Position numbers and translations under genes: made by a program. From Octopus sinensis (Eukaryota), in the NCBI RefSeq assembly GCF_006345805.1, contig NW_021835991.1, positions 248,001 through 312,000 of the forward strand: 64,000 bases of DNA, written 5' to 3'. The notes under the pieces are model-generated. The model ran no database searches. It saw only the letters and a program-made list of their open reading frames with translations, and had not been told where the DNA came from. Below, one piece after another: positions 36,475 to 48,879 of this stretch; the first letter of the stretch is position 1; every line of letters starts with the position of its first letter.

Positions 36475-37330
36475 CTATTTTACAGGGCAGACCACTTTTT
36501 TGGCTGTTCTCGGGTCCGATTTAATCGCATGATTCGCCGTTGTAGGCAAAAGTTTGTACTCCGGGCGCATGCTTTCCAGTGTTTTCTTGATTATGATTGT
36601 CTGGACATATGCCCGCGTTGAATAATGGTCTTGTAAGGAGTTCTGGTAATGCTTATAGAATTTGGATGTTATTCCATCCCACGTGAGAACTTTTCCATTA
36701 TGGATGAACCTCAATTTGCTCGCCAAAAGGTCGTATTTATGTAATTTCTTAACTTCCACATGCTTCAAAGATTGTTGAGAAGTAATCCCAACTTCGATCA
36801 AAGTAATGATGTTCCGAACCTTGTCATAGACAAAAATATTCGGTTTATTATAATTGACTACAAAATTGAGTGAAGCGGTTTTTTCGTATCTCTTCAATTA
36901 AGTGCTTTCCTTCCAAATGTCCGGAAGGCAGGCCAGAATGAATTCTCACGTACCGAGATCCATTAGGAAACCTGTATAACCCTTTCTTAATAGACTAATT
37001 CATAAACTTCAGAGATTTTCAATCCTCCCAGGTTTTGTTGTTGCGTCTACATAATTAGGATCGTCCGTGTAGTAAAGGCCAATAGTATACAATGACTTTC
37101 ATACTTTATGTACGACATCTATTAGCTAAAACGGAATAAGCTTATCAACTTGACTTTCGTAAAATCCGTATTTCCTTGTGGTTTTGCCGGTATAAGAAGG
37201 TTCTTGTCTTTTCTGATGAACTCATAAAAGTCATTACATGACATATGAAAGTTCATTTTTATTATCAGTTCAGCTTTAACGAGGTCAAATTAAAGTCTGT
37301 TTCTGCGCATTTGTAATACTAAATACTCTT
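36475..37330 (-). mobile_element. NeSL/R2/HERO-like RLE retrotransposon fragment
   Basis: NKPNIFVYDK...IEVGITS...KLHKYDLLA...LTWDG. Confidence 0.8.
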
Positions 37331-37499
37331 TCACAATTTGCATTTGATACTTAAATTGACTTTTGCACTGTGTAGTCGTTTGATACTGTGCACAGCTAGA
37401 ACGTCACCTTCGAATAGTTTGATACTGTCACTTTCATTCAATTGTTGTCCGGACAGTGTGAGATGTTCTTTCTGTCCTTTTTATAGACGTTAGTATTAA

Positions 37500-38672
37500 C
37501 TGTTGAGGAGGTTTTTTGGTTACGAAGAGATTCTGTTGATGTTTTCTCCGAAAAGGAAATGGATTCATTCTAGTGCGGATAGGGATTTCAAGCGCAAATG
37601 GGACAAAGCTGATTAGACGAGACTATTTTTCCCAGCTCTCTGAAATAAGCGCATTTTGATAACGATGAATAGGGAAACGTTTAGTTTGGCGGACTTGGTA
37701 ATCCGTACGCATATTTTCAAAAACCTCGGAAATCGGATAGTTCACTAAAAAATGAGTTGACATCCAGATTTCCGAAATTTTTTTGTAGGTCCAATTGGGC
37801 AAATATAATTGTATTATTTGTCCTTTCATAGTTTCTGAAATAACCGGCATCGAACAACAACAGCAACGACAATAATTATAAATTTTTTACAAATACAAAT
37901 CCTTTTATTAAAAAAAAATTACATAATTAATATAACCGGTTTGTAAAATTTCAACATATCTTTCAGAAAAAATTAAAAAAATAATTAAAAAAAACATAAG
38001 AGTTACTTTACGAGAATTACAAATTTTAAAAAAATTGACATATCATACATACAATATAAAAAATTTGAGAAATTAGGTGTTGAGTGCGAAGAAATTCTGT
38101 TGATGTTTTCTTTGATCAATCTTCGGAAAGGAAATGTATTTATTCCGATGCGGATAGGGGTTTTGAGCTCAAAGCTGATTAGACGAGACTATTTTTCCCA
38201 GCTGTCTGACGTAAGCGGATTTTTGATAATTTCTCAAATTTTTTATATTGTATGATATGTTATCACTAGATCTTCTTGGAATGCTCTCGTTAAACTTCTG
38301 TATTAAATCTTCTGGAATGTTTTCCCAAATGTGCTGAATTTTGGCTTTTAGGTCATTCATGTTTTGCGAATTTTTTTTGTAAATCCAATTGAGCAAATAA
38401 TTTTATTTCTTGTCCTATCATAGTTTCTGAAATAACCGGATTTGAAAAACAACAGGAACGGCAATAATTTTAAATTTGTAAAAATACAAATTACGAGTTT
38501 TTTTGCGCGTTGTAAATTTAAATTCTAAATGTCTCTTAGAACAAATTTAAAAAATAATAAAAAAGGCACAAGAGCTTACTTTACAAAAATTACAATTTAA
38601 AAAAATTGACTCATTATGCAATATAACAAAAATTTGAAAAAATAGAAAACCAGTTTTTTTTCCGGTCACTGT
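37500..38672 (-). mobile_element. Two tandem, deleted Tc1-like remnants
   Basis: Duplicated segments (about 37500-38040 and 38080-38660); MPVISETMKGQII HTH start; LKAKIQHIWENIP...ESIPRR C-terminus; TA|CAGTGACCGG end near 38670. Confidence 0.6.
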
Positions 38673-39103
38673 ATTTGGTATTCCTGTCCGTGACAAATTT
38701 GCTAGAAAATCGATGATATACAAAAACAGTTATTTTTCTTAAAATTTGAAAGAAGACGCATTAAAGATTTTCAACTTACTTTGTCCCCCATTTAAAGTCT
38801 TGCTCCCTATCCTAAATGGAGAGATGTCAATACACATAGCTAGCAGTCGTCACATTTGTAACGGATTTATTTTGGTCGTGAAGTTAATGCAGAACATCCA
38901 GTCTCTCCTGGTGTAACCCTACTATGAGAATATTTTAGAACTTTGAGACAGCTCTATCCCATTTTAAAATTACCGGAATAATCTTTACTTTTCATTTGCA
39001 AGAAGATCGTATTTCTGATATTTCTCCACTTCAATTTGCTTTGGAGTCATTTAAGTACAAAATTTGTTTAATAACAATAATCAATGAAAAGATAGAATTA
39101 TGT

Positions 39104-40395
39104 TTATGGTGGATATGTAGCTTGGCGGATTGCCAAACTGTTTCCCCGGATAATGGCAATCGAGAGCCGTTGCATTAGCCAGTTCGCCTCCCGAGGATCA
39201 TGGGTGCGCATTGAGATTTTGGCTCCGAGCTTGCGAAGGAACTTTTCAGTTTTTTGACCGAGAGCACCCGACGTCTCAGCCGCGATCGGCACCACGGAAA
39301 ACTTCTCCGAGAGGGCAGAATATTTTAAAAGCTTTAAATCTTCAGCCTTCTTAGCTGCAGATTTGGCCTCCAGGGCACATGAAGTTAAGTGAGAAGCAGA
39401 AAAGGTGTCGCAGCAGGTTGCGTCCCAAACGAGGCCTTTTCCGCCTTCGAAGGGGAAAAGGGTCATCCCGTCAGGACGTTTCCCGTCGCCGCGGTTAAAA
39501 CCCGGTGGCTCGAGGACCGAAGGAAATCCCGCCGAGTCGAGGGCCCTCCGTATGATGTCGTTCATAGCAGAGTGCCTCGGAAAACGTCCGGCACTCCTCT
39601 TGCACGATAAAGGGTGCAGACCGAAAGGGTCAACAGTGCAGCCACAGCGGCACGTGTGCGGGACACATTGCCTTAGTCCGAGTCGCAGAGAGACTCCGAT
39701 CCTTACCGCTTCATCGTCAAGGAGAGTGCCAGATGGGGCATTCGGGAATGCACAAAGCCAAGCTCCGCTAGCCGGGGATGCTGCCGACAGAAGGCAAGCG
39801 CGGCGGTGCTGGTTGGACGACTCGAGCAGCAGATTGAAAGTTTGCTTGCATCTAATTCGATCCCAGGCTCGTTGAGACATTCGATCTTCCGGAAAGTCAA
39901 GGCCTTGTTCTCTCCAGACTTCGCTGAAATGAGCAACATTGTGTCCAAGGAAAATTCAGAAAAGGAGCGTAGAATTTCCATGACAAGTGTGTGGCTCGCG
40001 GAGACGGAAGAGAGGTAAGCAGGTAACGATAGGTCGGAACATGAGCGGATGCCGAGCCCTCCAAAAGATAACGGGAGGGTTGCCTGTCTCCAACCCATGT
40101 CGTCGAAAGGGGAATTGCATACGTTCTGAGTGCAAGTGCGGATAAGGAGGTCAATGGCTGAAAGCCTCTCTGGAAAATCAAAGCACGGAGAAGAGCGAAG
40201 CAAATAGGAGAGCTTTTGGATCGAAAAGCAATTCCGTAGGAGGAATAATGCAGTGTGCGAGTCCAGCTGTCTGATACGATCAAAAGCTTCTTCGAGGAAG
40301 AGTTCTTTTTTGCGTAGGGCCACATCGATAGAGTTGCCAGCGACCGGGGCTCCGAGAATAAAAAGTTCGTCAATGGGAGTAGATTGAACTGTCAT
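39104..40395 (-). mobile_element. Longest CRE-clade fragment (RT thumb plus RLE domain)
   Basis: LFILGAP...LLRNCFSIQKLSYLLRSSP...QATLPLSFGGLGIR...SGAWL...CRCG...DGKRPDG...QRLSIAIIRGN; one frameshift. Confidence 0.92.
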
Positions 40396-40640
40396 TTAAG
40401 TAATGTCAAATTCAAATAAATTTGTACTTTCTTTTGTCTTGTAGATAAAAATGTCGGGTTTATTGAATAAGGAAGGTTTGATTTTGGCATTTTTGGTCGA
40501 AATAGACAACCTAAATGTGCTTTCTATTCATTTTTCGGTCCTACATACATTTAAATATAACCGAATGTAGTAAATTTTTTCTAACTGTTCAAAATTAAGA
40601 TTTATTTGAATAAGAAAGAAATAAATAAAATTAAGTTTAG

Positions 40641-40877
40641 TTAATGATTGTTTCTGTTTCTGACTCGATTTATAAGATAATCAGCTCGCTCCATCAAAAT
40701 TCGTATAAACCGTTCAATTATGTTGATCACATTTAAATCATCCAGTATCAGCTCCTCTTCGTCTAACCATTGGTTTAACTCTTCAAGTGTAGATATGATG
40801 TGGATAATTTCATTTATTTCATTCTCAAAATCGTCATTGTTCTCAGTATTTTCCGAGGTTGGAATTCTTTGCACCAT
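40641..40877 (-). CDS. 78-aa acidic microprotein, family copy C
   Basis: MVQRIPTSENTEN...EELNQWLDEEE...DDLNVINIIERFI; intact ORF. Confidence 0.6.
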   Translation of the reverse strand: MVQRIPTSENTENNDDFENEINEIIHIISTLEELNQWLDEEELILDDLNVINIIERFIRILMERADYLINRVRNRNNH

Positions 40878-42145
40878 TTCTGTTTTTCTCAATTTTTTGC
40901 TATTTATAATAAAATTCAACACGTGAGAAGATTTTGTTTCAATTCAACATTTTTATTAATTGTATCACTTTTTTGAAAAATATCAAAATTTTATGACTGA
41001 AGTATTTTTTTAATTTCTTAAATTTTATTAAACAAAATATATTTTAATTGTTCAAATCTTTTATTTTACACATTAGATATTTGTATGAATTGTAATTTGT
41101 CATTAATTTCATACATATTATGAGTAATTTATATTTAACATTATTGTGACTCATATTTTATTAATTTTAACATTATACATTAATTTTTGAAATAAATTAT
41201 CATTTATTGAACTGAGTTACAGGTTTTTGCTCTCAGTTCAATTCATGTTCGATAGTAGAGGCGTTTTACGATAAATTATGAAGAGACATCAGATCAGATA
41301 CAAGATTTACTTGCAATAAACGATATTAAATAAAAGAGAAATTCAGGAAAAATTAAAGCAAGCTTTGTTTAATCTTGGTTTTGGGAGCATTTTGAAATTT
41401 TTACACCCAAAGACCAGATCGGACTTAGGCCTCAATAATAGGGGTAAGTTGGTTCACATCCCGCAGTATATCAAAATAAATAAGCTCACATTGAAGCATC
41501 AAGGCCATTATTTTTTCAGAACATAATTTATTAATTTATAGTTCTGTCCCGATGTACCAAAATATTCATTTAAAACATAATTTGATTTTATCTGACGGGG
41601 CACAACCATCCTGATACACTCCCCATCTGAAATCGTACTAAAAACACGCTCAACAATTATTTCTTTTTGCTTTTATTTTCCCTAAAAAATTCGCCGGAAA
41701 CAATCTCCTTTAACTTCACAGGACACAGCAAAGTTACTGGAACTTAGCTAAGCCATGAATTCCTCAGAGTTTAAATCATTTTTGTAATCATATCGACTTT
41801 TCGACACGTTCATAGACAATTTGGAATCAACCAGGTCAGCAAAGACCCCATGACTTGAATGCCGAAGACCAAAGGTGTCTCTCCCTGTCCATTAGTGGTC
41901 ATGTGGATACTAAAAAGGAACTGGAAGAAGTCTTAGATACTCAGGACGTAACACATTTTGAGAGAGGCAGTGTCAGTAAAAGGAAAGCCGGCCAAACAAA
42001 TACTGTTGTTAAAATAAAACGTACAAAGTTTTATTTTGTAATTTAAAAATAAATTTATTAAATAATTAGGTAAATTTCATTTTGAATATTTTTTTAGAAA
42101 ATCACTATTGGTTTTCACGTTTGGTTTTACGTGATTTAAGTTGAA

Positions 42146-43316
42146 ATGGATTCAGAATATGAAAATTATGATAAAATATTTTTATCAATGGCACAAAATA
42201 TGGAAGGAGGAATAGAAAAGGTTTTATTAAAGTAAATATCCTCAAATAAAAAGTTCTTGGATGTCTTATTCAGCTTTCTACGCCGAAAAACGGACTTCTT
42301 TACTCCAGAAGCTAAAGACAAAGCATATTCTGTGACAACCCATAGCTTATATTGCCTATTAGTTGGTTAAAAGTCGAATGGACTATCAGTTTTCCCTTGT
42401 CAAAGAACAGCCAAAGAAGCCCGAAAAGCCACAACCACGCAAAGTCGTTAATGAGCCTCCACCTGAAGAAGAAAAGGTGACCGAACTAACTGACCAAGAA
42501 TTTGAGAGACTACAACAACAGAGTATATTATTTATTAATTTAATAAATTAATTAAATTATAATTTAATATGAAAATAATTATTTTTAGATATGGAAGATT
42601 CAACACCAGCTAATGGAAATAATTCTGATAAACTGACAGAAATTCCTGATGAAGAAGACGCTGAAGAAGACAGGGGAAAATTGGCGCCAAATTCAGGAAA
42701 TGGCGCGAATTTGGAAAATTATTCATGGACTCAAACGTTACAAGATATTGAAGTATTTTGCATTAAATGTCACTTTCAGCTCAAAGTCCCCATAAGACCC
42801 CCCTCTGGTGGAAGATTGCGAGGAAAAGACGTGAATGTCAAAATTTCCAGAAAAAATCTCACAGTCGGACTAAAAAATGCGACACCGATAATCGACGGAG
42901 ATCTCTACGCAGAACTAAGGACAGATAACTGCACGTGGGTGGTTGATGGAAGCACAGTGACGGTGTTTTTGGAAAAGGTTTGACGACTTTTTTGACATTT
43001 AGGTGAACCAAATGGAGTGGTGGAGTCGTCTGGTTACGACGGATGTTGAAATCAACACCAAAAAAGTCAATCCTGAGAATTCAAAAGTTTTTTTGAGGAT
43101 TTTTGAGTTTTAGCTGAGTGATCTTGATTCGGAGACTAGGAGTGTGGTGGAGAAGATGATGTATGATCAACGACAGAAGGAATTGGGACTTCCTTCTTCG
43201 GACGATCAGAAGAAACAGGATGTAATGAAGAAGTTTGTTTTTTGAGGAATTGGTTTATTTTTAGGTTTATGGCACAACATCCCGAAATGGATTTCTCTAA
43301 CTGTAAATTTTCGTAG
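42146..43316 (+). CDS. nudC: Nuclear migration protein NudC (multi-exon)
   Basis: [16 protein letters not shown]; [20 protein letters not shown]; [34 protein letters not shown]...[16 protein letters not shown]; GT-AG introns, for example 42221-42253 and 42332-42362. Confidence 0.95.
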
Positions 43317-43539
43317 TTTACGTAAAATTTGATTTTTGGGGCTATTTTGGGTGTATTTTTAAGAATAAGTATTTGAAATTTGTTAATATAAATAAGTTAT
43401 ATCAATTTTAATTCAGCAAAATGGGCACGAGTCCTAATTTATTATTAAAGTAGGTACTTTTTTAAACAAACTAAAGTCAAATAAAGAACAATCGAAATCA
43501 TTGCGTTTGTAGTTTTCATACATATTTGAATATTTTATC

Positions 43540-44297
43540 TACAATTTATTAGAGTTATTAAATACCTGATCTTCTAATATTCTCATTTTATTCTCTGCAC
43601 TCTCCAATCTGTTTAGCAAATCATTTTGATTGTCTTTGATTTCGGGATTTTTCATTTCCTCGATCTAATGAATATTATAAAAGACATTTGTACTCTCATT
43701 TCTAAATCGACTTTTAATTTTTGATTTTCTTTTAAAAGTCGTTTGATGTCTTTTTGATCTTCAATGTCATCAAAGTCTTGAAATTTAACATGATTATTTT
43801 AAACATTTATTAGATTTATTTTCAAGTTCTTTTTTGATAGTATTTTTGATTTCTTTATTGATTTTATTTATGTCGATTGAAGTTTGTTTTACTTGCTGTG
43901 GACGGTCAAGTTTAAATAATATTTTATCAAGCATTTTTTGTTGTTTTTCATAATTATTTATCAATTTTTGTAATTTTTGCTTTTCAAAAGATTTCTAAAA
44001 ACTGATTAAAAAGATACTTTGATTAGTTCATATTGTAATTTGGAAGCTTATTTTTACATTCCGCCATTTTCAGTTTTTTTAGATTTTGAATTTTTGCTTA
44101 ATTTTTGTACATAAAATACCAAATTTTAAAATTTCTGGATCTTCTTTGACTACGTTTTGAATATCAGTTCTCCATTTCTGTTTAATATTCATGCTTTCGT
44201 CCTCAAGTGTGTTTATTTTCTTTTGAATTTGCTCAATTTCTGTAATTTTTCTGGTCAGATCTGAAACAAACATGTTTCTCGAGCAAAGATCGCTCAT
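43540..44297 (-). CDS. Putative multi-exon coiled-coil protein
   Basis: ATG at 44297, successive heptad-rich segments separated by short AT-rich introns; convergent with NudC; no family recognised. Confidence 0.45.
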
Positions 44298-46624
44298 TTA
44301 ATACTTTTTTTAATATTAAGTTCAATAAATAAAACAATCAAAATTTTAATCAATTTTGATGTACTTGTCAGAAATCGGAGTTCTTTAAAACATAATAGTT
44401 CAGACTAATTTAAATGGAACATTACGTCATCCTTTTTATAGTACACGTCAACTTCTTTTATTATTGGTGTTCAACGTTTTGTAGTACATCTCACTTAGTT
44501 AAATGTATATATTTGAACAAAATATATAACATAAGGACAAATAAATGTATATCTGCTTTAATATCTGCTTTATTACAAGAATTTTTAAGAAATTATAAAA
44601 TGTTTTATACTATGTAAAAAGCTATTTCAACTATTTCGAATTTAATTTAAATACAAGATAAGTCCTTTAAATTGAAATAGCAAATTTTATATTTGAATAT
44701 TTAACCGTGCTTTAGCCCTCCGGAGTTTCCTCTCTGCCCATTCCAAACTTAATTTGTTTTCATTTGTTAATAAGCTAAAATTAAATTAATATTTAACCTC
44801 AAATGTAATTTTTAACTTTATTAAACAAACTGGTTTATCCAAATGTTCTTGATTGTCTATTTAGAGCGGAATGATTTGCAAACTTCAACAAAAATTTGGT
44901 TTTAAATTTCTCGATTAAATAATTTTAGTTTTCATATGAAACTTAATGTTTTTTAAGAAAAACATAATCACAAAAATTTCAGTTTTAATGAAAACTTTTT
45001 ATAAATCTTTAAAGTTATCGACTTTAAAATATAAATGATGTATAAATAAATATCAAACACCTATGTCACATTAAGGCTGAATATTCATACAGTAAAGCCA
45101 CAAATCAAAATTAAAGTTGACTATTGATAGATTAAAATGGTACAATTAAAAACCTCAGATTTGTTTTTTGATAATAACTGATGACGTCACATTGATTTGA
45201 CGAAAATTTAGCAAAGATTAAATTTATTTGTTTTATAAAGCTGGATTGATTGAATGGGCAAGAATGTTATTTTAATGAGAATTACGTAAACTGTTCATAA
45301 ATTATTTAAAACTAACAAAATTATTTAAAATAACCTTTCGATGATATAGGTAATGAAAAAACAAAATAAGCTTAACAAAATTGATCTCCAAATCATAAAA
45401 GACCGAAAACGGATTTTAAAAGTTAACGAAAAATTAGAAGAAGAAAGAAAAAAGGTCATTTTTAAATTTAACAACGAAAAATACAAACTAAAAAGCTTTC
45501 TAACCCCGGATCCAAAAATCAATCATTTCAATCCAGAAAAAATAAGGTTTGTCCATAAATTATCAACAGTAATCAAATTGAGAAAAATAAAAATGAATAT
45601 CTTAAGAATATTGACTACTTCACTTTACGGAGTCATATGATTTTACAAAAATCTAACAAAAAAGTCACAGAACAAAAAGAAAATTTTTTACAAATATTTC
45701 CGGTTATTCTTCGAGATATTGATCGTCCTAAAGTTGTAGATGCACATACAAAGGCCAAAATATTATTAAATAAACAATCATCAAATAATAATAATTAATT
45801 AATTTTTCTAAATATTTATTTCATTAAAAAGAACATGCGACCCTAGAGAGACTAGTCGACTGTTCTAGCATGTCTCTTTAGTTTTTTTCTCTTGTTCAGC
45901 AACTTGCATTAACTTTAAAAATCTTTAATTTCAAAATTAATTAGGAAAATTAACTTATTTTTAAGGCAATGTTTGCAAGCCGAAATCTCCTCACCTTTTT
46001 CTCTGAACTTTTCTTTCGTTTAATAATAAAATTATTTATATTTTATTTAGAATTTACAAAATATGTAATTTTATTGTTAAGTCTTGAAGTCATCATAATA
46101 TTGGAATGGCACTGCTTCAATGGTTTGCAAATATAGAGTAGGTTTGGCATAATTAAATTTCGCGTAAAATCTATTTCTAATTCACTGTTTCATTTGCCGA
46201 AAACAAAAATTTAGAAGTTTGTTTTTCTATTTCTCTTTCCGTGGTTATTGATTGTATAAAATTTCATTCACATCAGATTGTCTTTTTTGATGAGAAAAAT
46301 TATAAAGATTTTACAACATTAGTTCTACACAGTTGTAAGATGGTTTTTAAATGGAAATTGTCTGAATCGTTCTGTTCTGTTTGGGACTCAATATAAATTT
46401 TTTATCAAATAAGTTATTTAATTTGAATTGTAATTTATATGGTGGTTAAACATAGTAAGTCACAGGAAATAATAAAATTTAATAAAATTTCCAAAAGGCT
46501 CTTATCTAGAGTGTATGATTGAATTGTAAATATTTAGATTTAATTAATAATTATATATTTAGATTGAAATTTAAATATTTTTTAAATTAGAAATACACTA
46601 TATTTACGCTTAGTATCTTCTGTA

Positions 46625-47389
46625 ATGGACAAACAAAGTACAAACAAATTAGTTAAAAAATTATTTAAATAATTATAGATTTTGGAACAAATTCTTAGTG
46701 CAACTAAAAGGATTGCTTCAGCAGGAACTGATGTCTTTTTATCAAATCCCGACCACTTTTCGATGCAAGAATTGGCAGACCTACGTTATCTCTTTAACGA
46801 ATTAGACTCCGACAATGACAGGTACTTTCATATACTATTAAACAATAATATTATATATTAAATGAATATAGTATTTATATATGAAATAAAAACTAAAAAT
46901 TGTACAAATTTAGTATTCTTAATTTATCTCAACTCGAAAATGCCTTCAAAATACTTCGAATCGAAAAGGCTAGATATAGGTCTCTGACTGAATATATAAA
47001 CGAACAATCTATAAAAAGTTAGTAAAATAAAAATTTTTTAATAAATAAATTTAATAATTTTGTTTAAATAATAATAAATTTTAAGTAAATTTGGAGACAT
47101 TCATGTTGATCATCGATAAAATTCAAGGAACGGATTTAAATCCAATAGAAATGCTAAAAATATGTTTTGATCAGATCGACATTAGTATAAATTATATTAA
47201 TCATATAATATAGATAAGAAAGGTTTGATTTCGGTAAATGATCTGGAAATATTGTGTAAAAATCGGGATATTAAAATTAAAAGAAAAATGCTCGTCGAGA
47301 TGGTAGAAGATGCGGATTCGAATGGGGATGGATTGCTCAATTTTGACGACTTTTGTCAAGTCATGATTAAGACTGACATTTTCTATTAA
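46625..47389 (+). CDS. Centrin/calmodulin-like EF-hand protein (multi-exon)
   Basis: QELADLRYLFNELDSDND; MVEDADSNGDGLLNFDDFCQVMIKTDIFY* (centrin-like C-terminus). Confidence 0.75.
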
Positions 47390-48149
47390 TTTGACATATT
47401 TAAAACTAACATTGTTTCAAAGTGGGTTTTCCCATAAATTTAGTTATAATATTAATGAATGTATTGAAAATAAAATAAATTTTTATATTGAAAATATTTC
47501 GAAACAAGAAATTTAGCTTTTGATTTGTATTCATTTTATTTACAAATTTCTAGCAATTTTGTTGAGTGAAAAAATGATTTTTTATATTTTACTTTGAAAA
47601 TGTATTACTTTGTGATTAGACTACTAAAATAGTAAAATAGTTGTATATAGAAAGTTGTTAAAAAATCACAAGAGATTTGGAATATTTATTATTATTTGTC
47701 TTTTTTTATTCAAATGTTTGATGTTACTTGCTACTATTCGTTGTTGGGAAAAATCGTTTGATGCAGGATCTCGATATTATTTTACTGAGGCCATCAGAAA
47801 TGAATAAACTTACTTTGTATTATTGTAATGTCTGAAACCAATTTTGATCCCTCCAGTTAAGGTTCCAATATTTTATTTCGATTTTTATTAGTTCAATGTT
47901 CTTATTTGTTATTCAGTTCGATATTTTTATTTTGAATAAAAATTTGAACAAATTAAAATCAATTTTAACCAATGAAAAATATTTTTTCTAAAAATATGTG
48001 CATAAGTGAACATTATTAAGAAACAAAAAAAACTTATCAAATTCAACAAAAACTAAAAGTTATGGAAGGAGATAAAAAGCCTTCGTTGGTAATCGGAAAA
48101 TTCAAAAATCTTTATGGCTTTAAGGATTTTAATCAATCAATCAAGTTTT

Positions 48150-48710
48150 ATTGTAATTAACAGAGTAAGTGATAGGAATTAAGGACGATGATAGCACGAG
48201 ACTGATGTCAAGGCAACTGAACTCTTCTGAGCATGCGTCCAATTCATCTGTCGTGAGCCGAGATTATTTGGAACCAGGTCTTCTAACCACGTTGTCCACG
48301 ATGTATGACGAGATTGCCCCCGCCCAAAACAAAGGTCAGTATCGGGTGTTCGCGTTAGTCGACCATGGGTTCATTAATTTGTGACGAGTGCCGAGAGTTT
48401 CAACCGATCAGACGCCGGTATTTTTAACGAGGGAGTGAACGAAACATGAGAGTGATGGGGCGACCAACTCCCAACTTAACTCAGTATCTGTAGTCCCTGT
48501 TAGTGAAACGACGGGCAGAGTGATGGTATCATATTGACTTTGGAACTTCTCAGAGGCCAAATAACGGAAGGAGGGATGATAATTGCCAATATTGGGTGAC
48601 CCAAGTCCAATCGTAGGTCATTATCTAGTCTAGGTTGGTATGCCGTCAGATTTGCTGTTGTCAGAGAGAAAATCCACAGAATAGATTCGAGAAACAAGAA
48701 TAATATGAAT
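48150..48710. other. GC-richer orphan island, degraded coding-like sequence
   Basis: Sharp composition change relative to flanks; long partly open frames on both strands; no TE motif recognised. Confidence 0.3.
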
Positions 48711-48879
48711 AATCTTGGGATTTAATATCCAAATACCAGTCTAATTTTTAGAAACTGGATTTAACGGTTAAATTCCAAAATGAGTGTCAAAATAGAAAGA
48801 TATTGCTTCTTTTAGATAATGCCCTAGTCCACTATTTTTATGGCAAATTCAGTAATATCAATTTGTATTTTCATCCTCC

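Noticed and set aside
41737-42030. Minus-strand frame open for about 100 codons if TGA is read as Trp (mitovirus or organellar insert idea)
   Set aside because: The product would be implausibly Trp-rich, has no RdRp or mitochondrial motif, and the frame closes with TAA immediately afterwards
45353-45790. Lys-rich ORF as a named host gene
   Set aside because: Possibly a spliced host gene, but no motif was recognised and the exon structure could not be supported
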